From assembly GCA_964016885.1 (NCBI GenBank), contig OZ024741.1, forward strand, positions 223,882,001 through 223,946,000: a DNA stretch of 64,000 nucleotides. The letters run 5' to 3'. Below are positions 50,616 to 63,000 of this stretch, one piece after another (position 1 is the stretch's first letter; every line of letters starts with the position of its first letter). The notes below the pieces were generated by a model. That model worked only from the letters and a program-made list of their open reading frames with translations, did not search any database and was not told the DNA's origin. A program made the translations under genes and the position numbers. Origin of the DNA: Eledone cirrhosa. Taxonomy: Eukaryota.

Positions 50616-51054
50616 CGCACAGATACACACACATATAAATGCGCACAGAGACACATGGGCAAACATGCAAATATGCACACACAAAAACACACACACAAAC
50701 ACATGTACACATACATGCACAAGCACACATACGCAGACACAATTTGGGAGATGAACACTGCAGGAGGCCCTGATATATGTGAGTGTATGGATGTGTGTGC
50801 TTGGGTCTGTGTTGTTTATGTCCTGTAACTTAGTGATTTGGCAAAAAAAAAGTACTGTGGTTGATATGATTGACAAAAACTGTTCAAGATAGCACCGCAA
50901 TATTGCCCCAAGCCTTATTACCGAAACTAATAAAAAGTAATTAAAAAAAGTCTAAGAGCTGGAACTGAAGTAAACTACTTACAATAGAAATATTCCACTT
51001 TGGAATGGAAAGAGTCTACTTTCACAATTATTCATCAGATTAATCAAAGGTTTG

Positions 51055-51068
51055 GTTACCATGGCAAC
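51055..51068. promoter_or_regulatory. RFX X-box consensus
   Basis: GTTACCATGGCAAC in non-repeat sequence. Confidence 0.35.
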
Positions 51069-51532
51069 AAGTAGAACAATAATTACAACAATACAAACAT
51101 GGAATTTTGTAATGGAGACAACTCAACCCCCGCCACAGTGAAATTTAATCATAGTAAACAGCCACCACAATTGTAAACTAACATTTAACCTTCTCATTAT
51201 CATATTTCTAATAAAATACACTGTCGAAGATTTTCACACAATTTTGAAAATAATCAAGTATTTGGAACATAACTTAACAAAGGTTCTTACATAAAGGTTT
51301 TAGAAAACTATAAACACTTTAATTCTTTCATTTCTAAATTTCCAACGAAATACACTGTGTATAATTTTCACATGATTTTGAAAATAATTGAATTTTTTAG
51401 GAATTTAGTAAAATAATTAACTTTCTCACTATGAAACTAGTATTAAAAAAATAACAGTAACTATGTTTCTATTCAAGTAAGCATTACCACTATTGGGGGG
51501 TCAATCAAGGAAACCTAACCACCTTTCCCACT

Positions 51533-52040
51533 TTAACCCCTTAACATTTAAAACGGTCGTATCCAGCCAGAATTCGCTCACCTCTTTCTGTTCAAATCAG
51601 CTGTAACTGGCTGCTCATACTTATGTTAAGGTATTGTTCTCAAAATAAATAATATCAAAATCTTGTAGATTTAATATCTAGGGCAGGTAAAATTCCCGAG
51701 ATCCATGGACGAGTTCTCTCCAACAGTCTCTGTCCCTCATCATCGCTGCCATGTCCTGCGTCTCCAAGAGACTAGTGTCTGTCCTTAGGGCATCAACATA
51801 TATCAACCTCGGTCTCCTTCTTCTAGTGTGTCCATGCAGGGGCTCCCACAGGAGCACTGAGTGCAATGTCAACTCTGGATGTCAGTGAGCATGTCCAGTT
51901 GACCTCAGTCTCCTCTGTGCTATTTTCAAGCTGACTTCAGCTCGAAAGATTCAACATTATGTGAGATATTTTGTGAGGTAAAACCTTTACCATGAAAATA
52001 TAATAGTATATATAGAGTAATATAAATGCTAAAGGGTTAA
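51533..52040 (+). mobile_element. piggyBac-like MITE interrupted by a LINE fragment
   Basis: Both TIRs with TTAA; insertion at 51678-51946. Confidence 0.75.
51678..51946 (-). mobile_element. RTE-clade LINE 3' fragment with ~11-bp TSD
   Basis: VLLWEPLHGHTRRRRPRLIYVDALRTD..MRDRDCWR; TSD AGATTTAATAT / AGATTCAACAT. Confidence 0.75.
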
Positions 52041-52237
52041 ACTGGCCATATCGCTCCAGAATTCTCTCACCTCTTTCTGTTCAAACTGGCTGTAACTGGC
52101 TGCTCATACTGATGTTAAGGTATTGTTATCAAAATAAATAATATCAAAATCTCGTAGATTCAATATTATGTGAGACAAAGTGTTTACCATGAAACTACAA
52201 TAGTAAATATAGAGTAATGTAAATGCTAAAGGGTTAA
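52037..52237 (+). mobile_element. piggyBac-like MITE, abutting second copy lacking the left TIR
   Basis: Right TIR AAATGCTAAAGGG-TTAA. Confidence 0.75.
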
Positions 52238-52319
52238 TTAGGAACTTGATGACAGATATAAATAGGAGAATCTCAGGCAAGGAGAATTTTGATAGAGCAG
52301 ATCCTACTATACTAAATTA

Positions 52320-52990
52320 CGTCCTATCAACCACAGAGAAACATCTATTTGATAGATATATATACTCATTTGCACTTAGTATTATTCTGAAATAGACATA
52401 TTAATTTACATATAATTAGTGCTTGTGTTTCCCTGTGTAGGATGTACATGACTTCTGATGGGGTTCCAATTAGATTTGAATATCAATTAAAGGTGTTTAG
52501 CATTTTTTAAATTTACAGGTAAATACATGTTTTATGGCATGTTTGCATGAATACATATTAGATATGTTGTGCATATATTTATATGCGTTGTGGTAGTCAT
52601 GGTTACACACTGTATTTATGCAGATGAAACTTTATCATACACTTCAGCTGCTATCTTACTTCTTAATATAAACCTTAATTAATTAGCAACATGAAGCCTA
52701 ATTATATGTAAATTAGTACGTCCATTTCAGAATAATATTAAGAGCAAATAAGTATATGTACCGATAAAATATATGTTTGTTTGTGGTTGATTGGATGATG
52801 TACACACCTTCTGATGAGAGTCCAATTAGATCCAAAAATTAATTAAAGGTGTTTATAAAGTTTTCAATTTACAAGGAAATTCGTATTTTCTGGCATATTT
52901 GCACGCCTACATATTATATGTTGTGTATATATTTATACAAGGTGGTGCAGTCTCAGTTACACATATTGTATTCATACAGATATAACTTTA
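52320..52990 (+). mobile_element. Old retrozyme/Penelope-like module: 356-bp period direct repeat with two decayed hammerheads and an inverted 5' segment
   Basis: 52441-52635 is similar to 52797-52990; 52320-52430 is the reverse complement of ~52688-52797. Confidence 0.6.
52804..52852 (+). ncRNA. Decayed minimal hammerhead (G12>A)
   Basis: ACACCTT-CTGATGA-GAGTC-CAATTA-GATCC-aAAA-ATTAAT-TA-AAGGTGT; 7-bp stem I. Confidence 0.65.
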
Positions 52991-53169
52991 ATATATATAT
53001 ATATATATGGAGGTGCTCCAGCATGGCCTCAGCCTGTTGGCTGGAACACATAATAGAAGAAGAGAGTAATATATATATATATATATATACGTATTAGAGA
53101 TAGTTGGGGCCCAACGGCTAAGCCCTTGTTATTTCAACAGCTAATTCCAGACATATATATATATATATA

Positions 53170-53587
53170 TCATCATCATCATCACCGTTTTACGTCCGTT
53201 CTTCCATGCTAGCATGGGTTAGACGGGTTGTCCTGTTGTGGGCAGTGTCCAGTCGGCTGACCTTGTCTTGCTCATATGGGAAGTGATTCTGGCTTCCTAA
53301 CACCAACCTCATTTACTGTAAGTGCGGGGTGCTATTTTCCATGGCGCCTACACGTCCAGTTTACAGTGTGGGCTGGGTGCTTTTTTGCCATAGCACCTCC
53401 ACGACCACTTTGCAGTGGAATGATAGGGACCCCAGTCCTATCATCTTATTTCTACAGCTGAGTAAACTGGAGCAATGTGAAATAAAGTGTCTTGCTCAAG
53501 GAAACAACACATCACCCGGTCCGAGAATTGAACTCACAACCTTTCGATTGCAAGCCCAATGCTCTAACCACTAAGCCATGCGCCTTC
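53170..53587 (-). mobile_element. SINE-A long variant with near-complete RTE tail
   Basis: GAAGGCGCATGGCTTAGTGG head; tail retains segments deleted in the short SINE-A copies. Confidence 0.85.
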
Positions 53588-54570
53588 ACTAATATATATA
53601 TATATTAAATTCAAAGGGGTATATATATATATAATTAGACATAGTCACACATACATATATAAGTTTGGCTACCTTTCACAGTGTGGCTCAATGAAGAATT
53701 AATTAAGCAAATAATCATTAATCAGAGCTATATATAAAATTGCAAGTTTGAAGAACTCAACCAGCCTACTTGCCGACAGGCACCAATCACAAATTTTCTG
53801 CCTTGACCGCTGGCCACGTGATGGTTCTTAGCCATTTTGAATTCATTTCTGGCGGGGATCATGGTAGAAAACTTAGTCCAGACTGGGGTGTCTCCTGATG
53901 AGTTCCAAGCCTCATGGATAGATCCAAGATTGGGTATGTCCAAAAAATGGAATGTAACTATTGGTAAAGTTTATGTGCATTTTTTCTTCAAACTTCTAGT
54001 TAATTATTTGTCTAGTCAATTTCTACAGGCTAAAAGAAATAAGTATATGGCTGTACATCGCGGAAGATATCTGTACCGTTGTCTATTATCTCTTCATAGT
54101 TACATTTTAAACTTGTAGCCTCGTTTAAATGATTTTTTATGTGGTTGATTTACTAGGGAGCGGAAATACTGTATATATTTTATCTAATAGTTCTTCAAAC
54201 TTGCAATTTTATATATATATATATATATATATTATCGCGATTTTCTTGCCATGGGACTTGGAGACTAGAGCCGAATGCTACCATTCTATTATACAGCGAT
54301 GTGAGACTGCTTTTTCTAATAACCAATTTTTCACTATCTTATTAATTTGTGTTTGAAACATGTTGGCTGAGAGCTTATGATGGGAGCAGAAATATTTGAT
54401 TTCTAATCTCCTGCCATCACGTAAATTTATAAATCGGTGGCCGGTCGGAGGACAGCATTGTATCAGATCCCACTTGCTAATCACTTTACTGTGTTGACCA
54501 TCACAAGCAGTCATAGCCGGCATGGATTGGAATCGAATTCTGTCGATCGATTGGTTATTGATTAGGCGAT

Positions 54571-54698
54571 ACCCGCTGATGAAGCCATATGTGCCGATTA
54601 TTATGAAGCCATATGTGCCATTGTTGCATAATATATGTGAACAAAGGGTGCAGTGCACCCTACTGCTGCATTAAGTGTGGCAGAAACTCGAGTCTGAG
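54571..54698 (+). ncRNA. Type I hammerhead motif with long stem II
   Basis: CCCG-CTGATGA-A-GCCATA...TGTGGC-A-GAAA-CTCGAG-TC-TGAG; palindromic stem III, GUC triplet; stem I imperfect. Confidence 0.6.
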
Positions 54699-54844
54699 AA
54701 CTACTATAGGTACCCGTTTATGTGTGTGGTATTGAAGCGAATAACTATGTGTATACTCTGGGAGTGTATCATACATTACCTATTGAGTATGCTGAGACGC
54801 AACCGGTCCTAGCATTGATACCTGTGCTGGGTCCATCAACTTCT

Positions 54845-54878
<34 letters not shown>

Positions 54879-54935
54879 TTATATAATATATTCTGAAGGC
54901 GCGTGGTTTAGTGGTTAGAGAGTTGGATTCACAAC

Positions 54936-55063
54936 TATTAAGGCTAAACAGTGAGTGTTGTTACACTGGAGTTTCGCCTGTTTATCACAGGGTCATCAGG
55001 TGCTGATCCTTTGATAAACAGACGAAACTCCAAAGTAACAAGACTCACTGTTTAGCCTTAATA
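54936..55063. repeat. ~60-bp arm palindrome containing partial hammerheads
   Basis: TATTAAGGCTAAACAGTGAGT.. / ..ACTCACTGTTTAGCCTTAATA; minus strand CTGATGA-C-CCTG..CAGG-C-GAAA-CTCCAGTG-TA. Confidence 0.8.
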
Positions 55064-55262
55064 AAATGAATATTAAAACTCTACTTCAGTATTGAGAACT
55101 CTTTTCTCTCAGCCATCAACCACATACGGATATAATATTGTATATATACATATATATATATATATGAAACATTAAGACCCTCTTCCTGCTATATCAAGCA
55201 TTAACCTAATATATCCCTTCCATATACTGTACCGATTGTGTTGTTATTTTTGTTCACCTTTT

Positions 55263-55305
<43 letters not shown>

Positions 55306-55412
55306 ATTCGTACATCTACCAACATATGTGTACAGATGTACACTCAGGCTAACAAATATATAAGTTATGTCTTAGTCCCTATGTGGTTCTATGCAGGGGA
55401 ATGCAGAACAAT

Positions 55413-55539
55413 TATATGAAAGACGTGAAATAAGAAAATTTTAAAAATTAAAAATCAACTTTCTTACTTGGAGTGAAAATTTTAGTAAGTAAGTTGATTT
55501 TTAATTTTTAAAATTTTCTTATTTTACGTCTTTCATATA
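55413..55539. repeat. AT-rich inverted repeat (~55-bp arms)
   Basis: TATATGAAAGACGTGAAATAAGAAAATTTTAAAAATTAAAAATCAACTT and its reverse complement. Confidence 0.85.
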
Positions 55540-55807
55540 TATATATATATATGATATATATGTTTAGTAAATAACCATTTTTGAAAGCCCAGCTATATTA
55601 TACACACACATATATGTATATAGATATATATATATAATATAGCTGCGCTTTCAAACATTTTTATTTACTGAATATACCGTATATCTTCAGATATACAAAA
55701 TTCACATACACGTATGTATGCTGAAGCTAAATTTTAATATATATATATTCTTTTTATTGGCAATATTGGCAACATGACCATACATACATACATACATACA
55801 TATATAC

Positions 55808-55880
<73 letters not shown>

Positions 55881-55884
55881 AACA

Positions 55885-57310
55885 CAAGGAGCATTCAAAA
55901 AGTTTGTGGAAAATGTTTTTTATAGGAACACTATGCAAATATTTTGTTACTTGTTAGCAGTAACTTAAACGTGTACAGTCTTGTTCTAACCTGTATGATT
56001 CAGAAGTAATTTAAAGCAATAAACAGAAATTTATGCCATTTTAAAAACAACCACCCTTAAAGCAACATGTGTTCTGTCAAAAATGTAGCAAGAACCAACA
56101 TCAAATTTATGGTAAAACTTGGTTGGAAGAAAAATGACATTATTGAAACTTTGAGAAATGTTTATGGAGATACTTCCTTAAAAAAACAGCAATTTATAAA
56201 TGGATAACTTGTTTCAAAGAAGGACAAGATGATGTTCAAGATGATGAATGAACTGGCAAGCCACCAACATTAGTTTGGGAAGAAAAAATTGATGCTGTTT
56301 GAGATTTAATTGATGGAGACCAACGATTAACAGCAGAAAAAATATCTCACACTCTAGACAACTCAGTTGGTTTGAATCACACAATTTAAGGTGATAAATT
56401 AAAGCTGAGTAAACTTTCTGTCTGCATGGTGCCAAGACTGTTGCACACGGATCAACAACAAACAAAAGCAGACCTTTCTTTAGAAATTCTAAACAAATGG
56501 GATCAACATCCAGAAGGCTTTCTGAAGCAAATTGAGACTGGAGATGAAACGTAGTTTTACCAATAGTTCGGTCAAAGCAATGGTTATGCAAAGATGGAAA
56601 TGGTTCAGTCAAAGTAAGAGTGAACCATTCAGGAGGAAAGTTTATGGCAACAGTTTTTTTAGGATGCTGAGGGCATTTTGTGAATTAAGTTCTTAGAGGG
56701 AAGAAAAATTGTATCATCTGCTTATTATGAAAAGGTTTTGTGCAAATTAGCCAGAAATTTAGCAGAAAAGCGTCCTGGAAAACTTCATCAGATAATGCCT
56801 CTGTCCATTCCTCTTGTCAAACAATGGGATTCTTGCAGGAATTTCGGCAGGAAATTATTAGCGATCCACAATCCTGATTTAACACCTGATTTTTTCTTAT
56901 TTTCTAAACAAATTCTTTTGAAAAAGGTACCTAATTTGAGACCATTAATGATGTAAAAAAGGGCGGTGGAATGGCAGTATCGGTAGAGGGTCGGACGCCA
57001 TGCTTTGAAGCATAGAGTTACCTCCCTGTATGATCTGAGTTCAAATCCCGCCGAGGTTAACTTTGCCTTTCATCCTTACGGGGTCGATAAAATAAAGTAC
57101 CAGTAATGCACTGGGTAATTGCTGGCCTTGTGCCAAAAGTAGAAACAATTAATGATGTAAAAATTATTTGTTTGTCATGGTCAAATTCTCAGGACCTTCC
57201 ATTCTATCAGGACGATATCATTGCTTACAAAAGTGTTTTGATGTTGAGGCCTATGTGGAAAATTCAAGCTTTTATATAAAATACTTTTCATTTCATTCCA
57301 TTTTTTCAAA
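55885..57310 (+). mobile_element. Decayed Hsmar2-like (irritans subfamily) mariner
   Basis: Left TIR ..TTCAAAAAGTTTGTGGAAAATG; MCSVKNVARTNIKFMVKLGWKK from 56067, EILNKWDQHPE..TGDET, LAEKRPGKLHQ, PDL.PDFFLF, LQKC..AYVE; many stops and frameshifts. Confidence 0.85.
56961..57150 (+). mobile_element. SINE-B inserted in the mariner with 16-bp TSD
   Basis: ATTAATGATGTAAAAA at 56944-56959 and 57148-57163. Confidence 0.88.
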
Positions 57311-58004
57311 CACACACACACATATGTATGTACTCATGTTTGTATGTTGTTTATTTTATGTTACTGACAAAAGTGAGTTGTATCTCTAATTCAAAGAACC
57401 AATCTTGTTACACATTGTGTCATCTCGCTAAATCTCCCTGAGAACTGTGTTAAGGGTGCACATGTCTGGGGAATGCTCAGCCACTTACATGTTAATTTTA
57501 TGAGCAGGTAGTTCCACTGATTGAATCAACTGGAACTCTTATCATCAAAAAACAAATACTAAAGGGTTAAAGTCTACCGAGTAACAGATGTTCCTTTTCA
57601 TTGTTGACATCAGAAATGCAGTGAACCAGTGATTGACCTGTTGAAAACTTATAAATAATCAAATAAGTGCATTAGCTTTGTGATCAATTATAGTATCCAG
57701 TTAGCTGGTATACACTAACACTACACACTGTTGTTTTTTACAGAGCTGGAGCTAGATTGAGGATAAATGAGAAAATGTTATAACAGTGGAAAATGTAATC
57801 CTATCTGAATCATAAAGATCTGTGGGAGTGATTACTCAACTTTTTCCTACAGTAGTAGCATCATTTCACTTCTACTTTTCCATGCTAGCACTGGTAGAAT
57901 GGGACTTTGTCTGGTAATGTTGTGTAGCTGGAGGCCTTTCTGATGCTAACCCTTTTAGTCAAAAGGAATATTTACTCAATAAAACTTACAAATCTCAGTG
58001 GCTG

Positions 58005-59260
58005 GGATCTGTGGAAGTGGCAGACTCAAGAAGAATGGTAATAGGATGAGGTAATGAAGACCAACCTTAAGAATCTGAACTTGACAACAGAGATGACAAA
58101 GGACTGTGAGAATTGGTGACATGCTGTACTGGATAAGACCCAGCTACCAACATAAAATGTAATCTGGCCCATGCCCCACATCATTCCATAATAACTGCCT
58201 TCACCAAGAGCACTCCCTAATAGCCATCCCTTATCATCACTGTATACCCCTCACCCCATCCACTATCATTCCTTAGCTATTCTCACCATTGCTACACCCC
58301 ACCTCTAAAGTCCCCAGTAACTATTCCCTCTAACCCTGTGCACCCCCCCCCCCCTGCTATCAACCACCTCATCCACGCCCCCACCACTAGCTATTCTCAG
58401 CACTACATTCCCCCTTAAGAATCCTGACACATCTGTGACTATCCCCTTCTCCTCACAACATCAGCTATACATGCATAACATCACACTTATCTTCCTTCTC
58501 TCTTCCCTACTCCCTCAGAGTAGAGAGAGCTCTTGTTATAATAATAACAGGCAACCTCTATAGTGCAAGGCCATGATAATTTACCCAGTACATTCTGTAA
58601 GGGGTTGATGATAGGAAGGGCACCCCACTGTAGAAACCATGCCAGAAAGGGTTGAGAAGACCCTTTAGTTGTGTTGACGGTATAACAACCTCTTTTGTGT
58701 TGGTAATCTGTATGATAAACACATCTAGTGGATGGTGTAAAGTGGTTGGTGATAGGAAGAACATCCAGCCATAGAAAGCTTGCTAAACAAAAGTTGGGTG
58801 GACTATTCAGTTGTGTCAAAGACATGATGGTCTCCTTAGTGGTAGTGCCATGATAAAACACACTCTACAGAATGCAGGATCATATGTCAGGGAGATGCGA
58901 GCCCCTGGTTCATTTGAGGAGTCACTAACCCTTCTTGAGTATTGACTCAGTCTGTGAAGACCCATCCAACCTTTGCTAGCTGGGAAAACGGTTCTTAAAT
59001 TTGATGATGATGTACCCTATAAGGTGATCATACTGGTGCCACAATATAAATCACTCACTCCGCCCTGTAGGGTGATAGTGCTAGTGCTGGAGTCATGATA
59101 AAATGTTCCAAGTTCATGCTGTAAAGAGGTTGGTATTAGGAGGTTCATCTAGCTGTAGAAAACCAAGCCAAAAGTGAAGCATATGAGCAGTTTAACCTCA
59201 GTATGTGACTTCACATCTAACCCATACAAGCATGGACAACAGACATTAAATGTTGATCAT
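58005..59260 (+). mobile_element. Old RTE 3' end with C-rich, module-repeated 3' UTR (may be composite)
   Basis: GSVEV..EVMKTNLKNLNLTTEMTKDCENW*HAVLDKT remnant, then repeated GGAAGGGCA-type modules. Confidence 0.5.
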
Positions 59261-59354
59261 GGAGATAATTATATATATATATATGTGTATGTGTATGTAT
59301 ATCCTGGGTTCTTTCCTTTATCTTTTCTATGGAAATATATAACACATAAAATAT

Positions 59355-62275
59355 ATCATCATCATCATCATCATCTTCCCCGTTTAACGTCCACTTTCCA
59401 CGCTAGCATGGGTTAGATGGGAGTTGTCCCACTTGAAGCAAGCTTGGTCAGGTGACCATGTCTCGCTCATATAGGACTATCTGGCAGGTTTTCTACGGCT
59501 GGATGCCCTTCCTAACACCAACCACATTTACAGTGTGGAACTGGGAACTTTTTACCGTGCTACCTACACGGCCACATTACAGCGTGTACTGTGTTTTTTT
59601 CTCGTGACACCTACACGATCTCAATCTCATTTATCTCATTTATTTGGACTGAATGATGTGGTACCAACTTAACAGAGAGAGGGTGGTGATAGTGGGAGTG
59701 GGAGGATGGAGTAGGGGTAGTGGATTGGGGTGTATATTTGGTTAAGAGGTGCCTACTGACTGTAGGTTTCGCTTTGTACATAGGCAAGGCAGGTCTTCTG
59801 TATTACTGCGTAGCGCCAAAGATCTCGGTCCAGTGACATTGTCTTAGAGAGGTGCAAGTGTGTAAGGTCGGAATTTATCAGATCGTCCCAGGTTTTTCTG
59901 GGTCTACCTACTCCATAACAACCATCAATTTTGATCGCCCTGCACTTTTTTATACAGCTGTCGTCTTTCATGCGCATCACGTGAACATACCAACGTAGTC
60001 TTCTCTCAAGTAAATAGCATCTGATCCCTCTTATTCCTAATTTCTCACTTAGTTCATTTATGCTTTGCCGTTCACGTATATTACTATTACACATCCAACG
60101 GAGCATGCATGCTTCGTTCCTTTCCAGTCTATGCAGGTCCTCTGCATGTAATGCCCATGTCTCACTGCCATGTAGCATTGCTGTTCGTATACAAGCATCA
60201 TACAATCTGCCTTTCATTTTTAGAGAGAAACCTTTTGTGGCCAACAGCGGTATAAGCCCTCTGAACTTTTTCCATCCCTTCTGACTCTAGCTACTGTACT
60301 TTCAGAGCACCCTCCACCACTGCTGATTTTGTCACCCAGGTAACGGAAAGTGTCTACTATTTCTATAGAACCATCTGGGCAATAGAAGGAGCTAGTATCC
60401 TGTGGGCACTTGCTACTTATTGCACCTGAGCATCGGCCACATATAAAGTTTACGTTCTTAGTTAGCTTACCTGTGATCCCACTACATCTTTTATGTACCC
60501 ATACTTTGCATTTGGGACATAAAATTGAATTTCTGCCTACTCCTTTCCTACACACTGAGCATGGCCATTTCCCTGAGGGTACCTGTACTTTATTTTCCTT
60601 TCTACAAACTAGAACTTTAGTCTTAGACAAGTTAACTTTAAGGCCTTTTGATTCTAGGCCATGCTTCCATGTTTGGAATTTCTTCTCTAGTTCAGCCATA
60701 GATTCAGCTATGAGCATTAGATCATCTGCGTATAGGAGTTCCCATGGGCAGCCGGTCTTGAACTCCTCTGTTATAGCCTGAAGGGCAATAATAAATAAGA
60801 GGGGGCTAAGGACAGAGCCTTGGTGAACACCAACTTTTACACTAAATTCTTCACAATATTCTTTGTTAATTCTAATCTTACTGACTGTTTCATTATACAT
60901 AGCTTGTATAGCTCTCACAAGCCATTTATCTACACCTAGTTTTCTAAGAGCCCACCAGATAATGGAGCGGAGGACTCTGTCAAAAGCTTTCTCCAGGTCT
61001 ACAAAAGCTAAGTAGAGGGGTTTACTTTTAGTTAGGTACTTCTCTTGTAGTTGTCGTACAAGGAAAAGAGCATCTGTGGTACTTTTACCTGACACAAACC
61101 CAAACTGCATTTCATCTAGATCAATTCGCTCTCTGTTTAGTTGCGCTTTAACTCTTTCCGTGACCTTCATGACCTGGTCAACTAACTTAATGCCTCTATA
61201 GTTTCCCCTATCTAGAGCATCCCCTTTACCCTTGTAGCAGTTAATGATGATGCTGCTACGCCAGTCTTTCGGTATGACCCCATTCTGTATTACTTGGTTA
61301 ACTATATGGGTGACCATAGTGTGTCCCACCATACCAGATGCCTTCAACATCTCAGCAACTATCTCCGAAGGCCCAGCTGCTTTGCCTGTCTTCATATCTT
61401 TGATTGCCTTACTTATTATACTACCTTTAACTTGCACCACTGGTCCTTCTATTGGATCGATTTGGGGCAGACTATCTTTTTCCCATTTATTCTCCTCATT
61501 TAATAGTCTCTCGTAGTGACACTTCCAGGCTCTCTTCTTATCAGTATCAGTGGGGGCAAGTACACCGTTATAATTACGGACACACTTCTCCCCGACAATA
61601 TCATGGTTTTCCTTGACACATTGTCTAGCAATCCTGAACACCTCACGTTTTTGGTCCTCACGTTGCAGAACATGCTTGAATTTTCTATCCTCTGCTTCCC
61701 TTTTTGCAAGGTACACTTGTCTCCTAGCTTCTCTCCTGGCCACTTGATAGTGCTCTCTACTTCCCCCATCCTGCCATTCTTTCCAAGCCTGCTTTTTGGC
61801 CTTGATTGTCTCTTCCACCTTACTGTTCCACCACCAAGTTACTCTCCTCCTGCCAATAGGTCTGCTCCAGCCACAGATTTCATCCGTTGCTTTCAGCAGG
61901 TTCACTTTCAAGAATTGCCACTGTTCCTCTATATTGCACGTCTTTAATTGTTCTTCCTTATTGTCAAAGCCATCAAGTAATAAGCTTTTAAATTTGTCAC
62001 AGGCTATGGGGTCCTTCAACTTCCATATTCTTCTCCTCAAGGTAGGCCTCCTCTGTCATCGAGTACGTCTATTCCTGACTATGAGGTCACTAACTACTAG
62101 GCTATGTTGGGAGGTGCATTCTTCATGGGGGAGGGATTTAGTGTTTACAACAGACATTTTGTCACGTCTTCTAGTAAGGATATAATCTATCTGGCTGGCG
62201 TGTTCTACTGATCTATAGGTGATCAAGTGGTTTTCACGTTTTTTGAAGTTTGTGTTACAGATAGTTAGGCTATTT
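59355..62275 (-). mobile_element. RTE LINE, 5'-truncated, frameshift near 60280
   Basis: ORFs 60220-62040 and 59753-60244; YADD, PHD finger, 3' UTR, (GAT)n. Confidence 0.95.
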
Positions 62276-62385
62276 TATATATATATATTTATATATACAC
62301 ACACACACACTTATATACAATAGCAGTTGTACCCGGAGTTGCCTGCATGCCAGTTATGTAGAAAAAGTTTTGTTTCTTTATTAAC

Positions 62386-62605
62386 TTAACCCTTTAGCAT
62401 TTAAACCGGCCATATCCAGCCAGAATTCTTTCACCTCTTTCTGTCTGTAACCGGCGTCTAATACTGTTGTTAAGGTATTGTTCTTAAAATAAATAACATC
62501 AAAATCTCATAGCTTCAATATTATGTGAGATAATTATGTAAGATAAAGCCTTTACTGCAAAAATACAATAGTAAATATAGAATAATGTAAATGCTAAAGG
62601 GTTAA
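62386..62605 (+). mobile_element. piggyBac-like MITE, perfect TIRs
   Basis: TTAA-CCCTTTAGCATTTA ... TAAATGCTAAAGGG-TTAA. Confidence 0.85.
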
Positions 62606-63000
62606 CTGATTTAACATATAGAAATAGACATCTGATCACATGGATTGGAGATTATATTCATTAATTTCAGGGGTTATGAGTTGATGATGTAGCCTAGAAA
62701 TAACAGGTAATTCTCTCTCAAATCACATCCTACTGTGTTTTCAAAAATAGAAGGACATATTGAATAATGTAGTCTGGGATAAATTATGAATAAACATGAT
62801 GGCGATAACAGGAATGTCTTAGATCATAGGTTTGCAGGATCAGAGCTAAACAATAATTTCAAGGATTAGAAGAATGGAAGATGCAATGTTCATAACTTGT
62901 CCATTGCATTAACTCTTAACGTCCTGTACCACATGAAATCACATTAGCAAGACATTCTTGAAAAGTGCAAAGGAGCACTATGACTGCATTACATTAAATA

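Noticed and set aside
51008-51044. Minus-strand CTGATGA-ATAATTGT-GAAA-GTAGAC-TC hammerhead-like string
   Set aside because: No stem I pairing and only a marginal stem II; plausible by chance in AT-rich DNA.
62320-62345. Helitron-like 5' terminus (TAGCAGTTGTACCCGGAGTTGC)
   Set aside because: Too short, and no matching 3' hairpin/CTRR end was identified.
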